NCBI GenBank assembly: GCA_964472505.1
Contig: CAYYQW010000002.1
Coordinates: 43,750 to 107,749 of the forward strand
From: an uncultured Bacteroidaceae bacterium
Lineage (GTDB): Bacteria > Bacteroidota > Bacteroidia > Bacteroidales > JAADGE01
DNA: 64,000 nt
Reading direction: 5' to 3'
Under the pieces are notes generated by a model. That model did not search any database. It was not told the DNA's origin and saw only the letters and a list, made by a program, of their open reading frames with translations. Positions 59,677 through 64,000 of this stretch are shown one piece after another (position 1 is the stretch's first letter; each line of letters starts with the position of its first letter). The position numbers and the translations under genes were made by a program.

Positions 59677-60007
59677 TGTTATAATATTTATTATTAAAAA
59701 ATGGGATAATTCGAAAGTATATTTCACTTTGTATGCTCCAAATCAGAAACGCAATTTAAGAAAATTTATTATTTATTTCAAGGCTTATTAAACATACGCT
59801 TCATACCCATACAAAAGCTTTCTTTATAACTTTTTTAGCAACTGAAAAATTAGGAATTCATTTTTTTATATGTTTTTGCATGCTTTTTGTGTGGTGATAA
59901 ATTAAAAAAGACTTTACATTTTTTCAAATTAGAAAAAGATTCTTAATTTTGTTAAAATTCAAGTTGCAGCGAAGCAGACTTGATCAGTTGATATAAATTC
60001 TCTTTTT

Positions 60008-60535
60008 ATGAACAGTAAAAAAGAAATGCTCAGTCAAATGGAAACGGATAATATTCGTATTTCTTATACCGGTCCGTTTGATGCTCAGGTACTTTCGGTG
60101 ATGGCAAAGAATATTGAATTCTCATTGTCAAATAATCCCTCGGTAAATAAAAAAATGTTCAAGATATTTTTAGAATTGGCGCAAAACATTTCTTTTTATT
60201 CTATAGAGAAAGATCAATCGGATAAACAGGGAATCGGCACCTTAACCATTAAAGAATATGAAGAGTACTTTCTGTTTGCTACCGGTAATATTATAAATCA
60301 TAAAGATGCCGAAATTGTAATTGAACGATGCGAAAAAATTAACTCATTGGACAGAAACAGCCTGAGAGAATTTAAGCGAAAAGCCAGAAACCGTGCACAC
60401 AGTGCAACCGGCGGAGGAAACATCGGGCTGATACAAGTGGCACTTACCTCCCGAAACAAATTACAATATAAAACCATACCGCTCGAAAAAGGAGAATCCT
60501 ATTATATAGTAGCCGCAAAAATTGATAAAAATTAG
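60008..60535 (+). CDS. SiaB-like GHKL-fold protein kinase, paralog 1
   Basis: The N-box-like motif is FLELAQN and the G2-like motif is GGGNIGLIQVALTS. At 175 aa the size fits. A DUF1987 gene follows the pair of paralogs. Confidence 0.7.
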   Translation: MNSKKEMLSQMETDNIRISYTGPFDAQVLSVMAKNIEFSLSNNPSVNKKMFKIFLELAQNISFYSIEKDQSDKQGIGTLTIKEYEEYFLFATGNIINHKDAEIVIERCEKINSLDRNSLREFKRKARNRAHSATGGGNIGLIQVALTSRNKLQYKTIPLEKGESYYIVAAKIDKN

Positions 60536-60538
60536 ACA

Positions 60539-61087
60539 ATGATAATAAACGATAAGTACAAATTAACTGAAAATCCGCACGACAATGCGGTTCGATTCTT
60601 TTTTAAAGGACCGGTTGATCAGCGTATTTTATCGCTTACCGGTGATTATATAAACACCATAGAAGAAATAGAACGAAACGCCGGCAGAAAATTGTTTAAA
60701 ACATTTCTGGAATTGGCTCAAAATATCTCTTATTACTCGGATGAGACCGTTCAAATTAATGATAAAACAACCGGCGGAGGCACAATCATCATCAAAGAAT
60801 CTGATACCCATTTTTATTTGCTTACGGGGAATACCGTTAAAAACCAAAACATCATACCAATTATTGAAAAATGCGAATACATAAACAGCTTAGACAGAGA
60901 CAGCCTGCGCGAATACAAACGCAAAGAACGCAACCGGCAACCGGGCGTTAAAGGCAATGCCAATATCGGACTCATTCAAGTGGCTCTTACTTCGGCAAAT
61001 GCTCTGGATGTAGAAGTAAATCCCATTGATGAAAATAAAGTCTATTTCTCAATAGTAGTTACCATTGACAAACAAAAAAACAAATAA
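60539..61087 (+). CDS. SiaB-like GHKL-fold protein kinase, paralog 2
   Basis: It shares these motifs with paralog 1: FLELAQNIS, INSLDRxSLRExKRKxRNR and NIGLIQVALTS. The gap to paralog 1 is 3 nt. Confidence 0.7.
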   Translation: MIINDKYKLTENPHDNAVRFFFKGPVDQRILSLTGDYINTIEEIERNAGRKLFKTFLELAQNISYYSDETVQINDKTTGGGTIIIKESDTHFYLLTGNTVKNQNIIPIIEKCEYINSLDRDSLREYKRKERNRQPGVKGNANIGLIQVALTSANALDVEVNPIDENKVYFSIVVTIDKQKNK

Positions 61088-61093
61088 ATCACA

Positions 61094-61480
61094 ATGAAAA
61101 ATCTCGAAATACAAGGTTCACACAAAGATTTTTTTATACCAACCGTAAAATTCAACGCAGATACCGGTATTTGTGAAATAGCCGGAGAATCATTTCTTGA
61201 GGACACCGTAGAATTTTACAAACCCATTATTGCTTGGTTGGAAGAATTTACCGAAACCGAAAAAAAGCCCATCGCTTTAGTTATCAAACTGACTTATTTT
61301 AATACCAGTACTTCCAGAAGTTTACTGGACATTCTCAACGTATTGAAAAATTATGAAGACAATGGAGGCGAGGTAGTAATTAATTGGCATTATGACCCTT
61401 CCGATGTTGATATGGAAGAAGATATTGAAGACTATATGATTGATACCGGACTGGAAATCAATTTAATACCCACAGAATAA
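61094..61480 (+). CDS. DUF1987 (SiaC-like) partner-switch protein
   Basis: The protein is 128 aa. The motifs TPxVxF...G...I.GES.PE-like (IPTVKFNADTGICEIAGESFLED) and LTYFNTSTSRSLLDIL match the DUF1987/SiaC pattern. Confidence 0.7.
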   Translation: MKNLEIQGSHKDFFIPTVKFNADTGICEIAGESFLEDTVEFYKPIIAWLEEFTETEKKPIALVIKLTYFNTSTSRSLLDILNVLKNYEDNGGEVVINWHYDPSDVDMEEDIEDYMIDTGLEINLIPTE

Positions 61481-61488
61481 ACTTCGAC

Positions 61489-61695
61489 ATGGCAAAGAAA
61501 AAATTTAACTATAAACAGTCACTTGAAGAAATTCAAACCATTATAGATGAAATTGAGGAAGACGAAATTGATGTTGACGAGTTATCCGGTAAAATAAAAA
61601 AAGCTTCCGAATTGATAAAAGCATGTAAAACGCAGTTGCGAAAAACCGAAACCGAAATTGAAAATGTACTTTCGGATGATGAAACCGAAAAATAA
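61489..61695 (+). CDS. xseB: Exodeoxyribonuclease VII small subunit
   Basis: The protein is 68 aa and helical. The layout FNYKQSLEEIQTIIDEIE....D.DEL is typical of XseB. Confidence 0.7.
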   Translation: MAKKKFNYKQSLEEIQTIIDEIEEDEIDVDELSGKIKKASELIKACKTQLRKTETEIENVLSDDETEK

Positions 61696-61750
61696 GAAAC
61701 GGTACGGATATTGTATAAAATCTTGCATCAAATAATCACAAACCAATTTT

Positions 61751-64000
61751 ATGAAACGACAGTTGCTCATATTATTTCTGATAATTCCGCTGCTGTCAAC
61801 TGCGCAAACCTATAAAAATGTAAAGTTTACCGGAAGTATCAAAGCCGGCTTTACCGAAGGAGGCAACCAAACCGTCAATGAACTGCTTGCCGAAGAGTTT
61901 GCAAAATTCCTAAATGTAGAACTTGAAAAAACCACCATCGAATGGGGCGATGTATTTGCTAAAAACGGAAAAATCCCTAAAGACTACCAAACAAACCCGG
62001 AAATTGCATACACACCGGATGCTCTGAAAAAATCTGACTTTATTTGCGGAACCGTATATGAACTGGACTGGAGAAAAAAGTTTTTTGATTATGCCGGCAT
62101 TGTTCAAGTTAGCGATTTGCTCATTGTAAGAAAAAATGTAACCAAAAATATTAACAGCATACAAGACTTAAAAGGACTTACCATAGCATTCCTGGAAAAT
62201 TCTACTTATGAAACCGAAATAAATGCCATTAACAAAGAAATAGACAGCGGCATAAACCTGCTGCCGGTAAGTTCTGAAAAGGAAGGATTAAATATTCTTA
62301 CCCAAGGCAAAGCTGACGGACTCATTACGGTTTCATACCTCGCTTTAGCTTACCTTAAAAAATATCAAAGCCTGAAACTGGCATTTCCCGTATCGGAACC
62401 GCAAAACGTGGGCTGGGTTATCCGAAAAAATAATGAAGAGCTAAAACAAGAAATTGAAAATTTCTTTGAAACCATAAAAGGTGACGGCACTTTGAATAAA
62501 ATTTTCAGAGAAAAATACGGTATCTCCTACTCCACTTACCTTGAGATCATAAACTCTTATGCACAATCAACAAAAGGAACCGACAGCCGAGATTTTGACG
62601 CCATAAAAGAATCCGGAAAAATAATCATTGCACTTCGCGACCGCGAAATGATATACCACCGATACGGACAAAAACAGTTCAATCATTATCTGGCCGAAGA
62701 ATTTGCCCAATACTTGGGCTTGCAGCACGAAATAGTCATTACCAAAGAATTTTCAGATTTTTGGGAAAATGAAAACGGAGAAATACTCAAAGACAGCGCA
62801 TACCTGCCCCCGTGGTTTACTCAGTTTGATGTTGCCTGCGATTTAATAGCACCACTTGATTGGCGGCTAAAAAAAGCAGATGTAATAGATTTCATGCCCA
62901 ATGCCATGGTAGTAATCGGGCGAAAAGGAACGAAAATAAATTCCGTTGACGACCTGAGAGGACTGCGCGGAATAACCTCAAGAGGTTCTTCTTACGAACA
63001 CGCCCTCAAACAAAACAACATTAAAGATTTGATATACAGCCAAGGGAATGAATTTTTTAAAAATGTTATTTCCGGAAAAGCTGACTATACCATTTCAAAC
63101 ATTGCCGTATTCAATCTTTCGGAATATCCGGAATTGGAAGCTAAATTTATACTTGGAGAAATAACCCAAATGGGCTGGGCAATTAAGAAAAATCAACCGG
63201 CATTGCGGCAAAAAGTTTTGGAATTTTTTGAATATGCTCAGGAAGGCGGTATTATTGACAATTACTTTAAAGAGCAAACCGGCATGACCATGAAGTCGGC
63301 CAGAAATTATCTGAACGCACTGCAGGAAACCTACCAACACGGATTTTTCCCTTTTATGTTCTACGGCGCCGATCAAGGCTTGCCCCGCGAAGAAATTCTC
63401 AGCCTTTTTCAAGACAATAAAGGTTACATCTGGTTTGGAACCTATTCCGGTGCCGTAAAGTATAACGGCAGGGATATGCGAGTATTTAATAAAGCAAACG
63501 GGCTGAGCGACAATACCGTTTTTGATATCAAACAAGACCAAAACGGGCGTATGTATTTTGCCGGAGAAAACGGCATAAACATTTCCGATGAAAATACGGC
63601 AAACTTTAAATCCGTTTTTAAAGGAACGGTTTTTAAAGAAATTTTCATTGACCAAAATCAAAATAAATTTTTCTACGGAGATGCCGGCGTCTTCATACTC
63701 GACAAGAAGGGCAATAAGATTCATCTCAATAATGAGCTGGATAATATACCCCAAAATGTCCGCAGCATCACTCAGGAACCCAAAGGAGGCGACATTGTAA
63801 TAGCCTCTGCCGAAGGAACATACAGGCTAAACTCTACCCTCTCCGTTTCCGAAAAAATCTCTGACGGCTATTACCATTATGCCCTGTTCAGTTCCGACGG
63901 AAACCTGTGGGTATCTTCAGACGAAGGTTTATTCTTTGTACAAAATAAGCACTTTACAAAACCCGATCGTTACGAAAACTTAAATCACACTCTAAATATT
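61751..64000 (+). CDS. Large periplasmic sensor: two SBP_bac_3-like solute-binding domains followed by regulator-propeller repeats. The 3' end lies outside the window.
   Basis: My own translation from the ATG at 61751 is open to the window edge (750 codons). The ORF track omits it because it has no stop codon. The protein has a signal peptide (MKRQLLILFLIIPLLSTAQ) and two periplasmic-binding-like halves (GKADGLITVSYLAL, SGKADYTISNIAVF). Repeats follow of the type GYIWFGTYSGAVKYNG, NGRMYFAGENGI and DGNLWVSSDEGLFF. Confidence 0.8.
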   Translation, partial: MKRQLLILFLIIPLLSTAQTYKNVKFTGSIKAGFTEGGNQTVNELLAEEFAKFLNVELEKTTIEWGDVFAKNGKIPKDYQTNPEIAYTPDALKKSDFICGTVYELDWRKKFFDYAGIVQVSDLLIVRKNVTKNINSIQDLKGLTIAFLENSTYETEINAINKEIDSGINLLPVSSEKEGLNILTQGKADGLITVSYLALAYLKKYQSLKLAFPVSEPQNVGWVIRKNNEELKQEIENFFETIKGDGTLNKIFREKYGISYSTYLEIINSYAQSTKGTDSRDFDAIKESGKIIIALRDREMIYHRYGQKQFNHYLAEEFAQYLGLQHEIVITKEFSDFWENENGEILKDSAYLPPWFTQFDVACDLIAPLDWRLKKADVIDFMPNAMVVIGRKGTKINSVDDLRGLRGITSRGSSYEHALKQNNIKDLIYSQGNEFFKNVISGKADYTISNIAVFNLSEYPELEAKFILGEITQMGWAIKKNQPALRQKVLEFFEYAQEGGIIDNYFKEQTGMTMKSARNYLNALQETYQHGFFPFMFYGADQGLPREEILSLFQDNKGYIWFGTYSGAVKYNGRDMRVFNKANGLSDNTVFDIKQDQNGRMYFAGENGINISDENTANFKSVFKGTVFKEIFIDQNQNKFFYGDAGVFILDKKGNKIHLNNELDNIPQNVRSITQEPKGGDIVIASAEGTYRLNSTLSVSEKISDGYYHYALFSSDGNLWVSSDEGLFFVQNKHFTKPDRYENLNHTLNI

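Noticed and set aside
63095-63754. A 219-aa minus-strand ORF
   Set aside because: It lies entirely antisense to the long + strand ORF (61751 to the window end), which has a signal peptide and recognisable domain repeats. It has no recognisable motifs of its own.

Overview
The window looks like a chromosomal segment of a Bacteroidota genome. That call is an inference from TAnnTTTG -7 promoter boxes, the absence of Shine-Dalgarno sites, a fused CcsBA, ftsK-lolA synteny and DUF1573- and YARHG-type genes. All calls come from motifs read in the translations and the DNA; no database search was possible. Housekeeping genes are metF, metH, ftsK, lolA-like, dnaB, a TrmN6-like methyltransferase, a transaldolase-family aldolase, a thiolase, tRNA-Lys(UUU) and a small SRP RNA.

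The accessory content is as follows:
1. A respiratory and cytochrome region at 2-11332. It holds a 5'-truncated 10-heme cytochrome c fused to a cytochrome b domain (CbcL-like), a ResA/TlpA-like thioredoxin, a His/Met-rich lipoprotein, CcsBA and MobA. It also holds an outer-membrane beta-barrel, a monoheme lipoprotein and a multiheme lipoprotein with a collagen-like tract.
2. A 383-nt nested inverted-repeat element directly upstream of metH.
3. An operon encoding a response regulator, a histidine kinase with a degenerate receiver, and an Hpt protein.
4. A C10 (streptopain-like) cysteine peptidase plus a small lipoprotein. This pair is bracketed by a mosaic family of bulged-hairpin repeats (41327-41545 and 43664-44342) and preceded by an (AG)17 microsatellite.
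5. An AT-rich AbiEi/AbiEii-like type IV toxin-antitoxin islet with a duplicated promoter/operator-like motif.
6. A SiaB-SiaB-SiaC-like partner-switching module followed by a large periplasmic sensor that runs off the window end. The ORF track omits that sensor.

The best candidates for something undescribed are the repeat-bracketed protease cassette, the SiaB/SiaC-like module with no visible output, and the possible outer-membrane cytochrome conduit. No CRISPR array, rRNA, transposase or integrase was seen.
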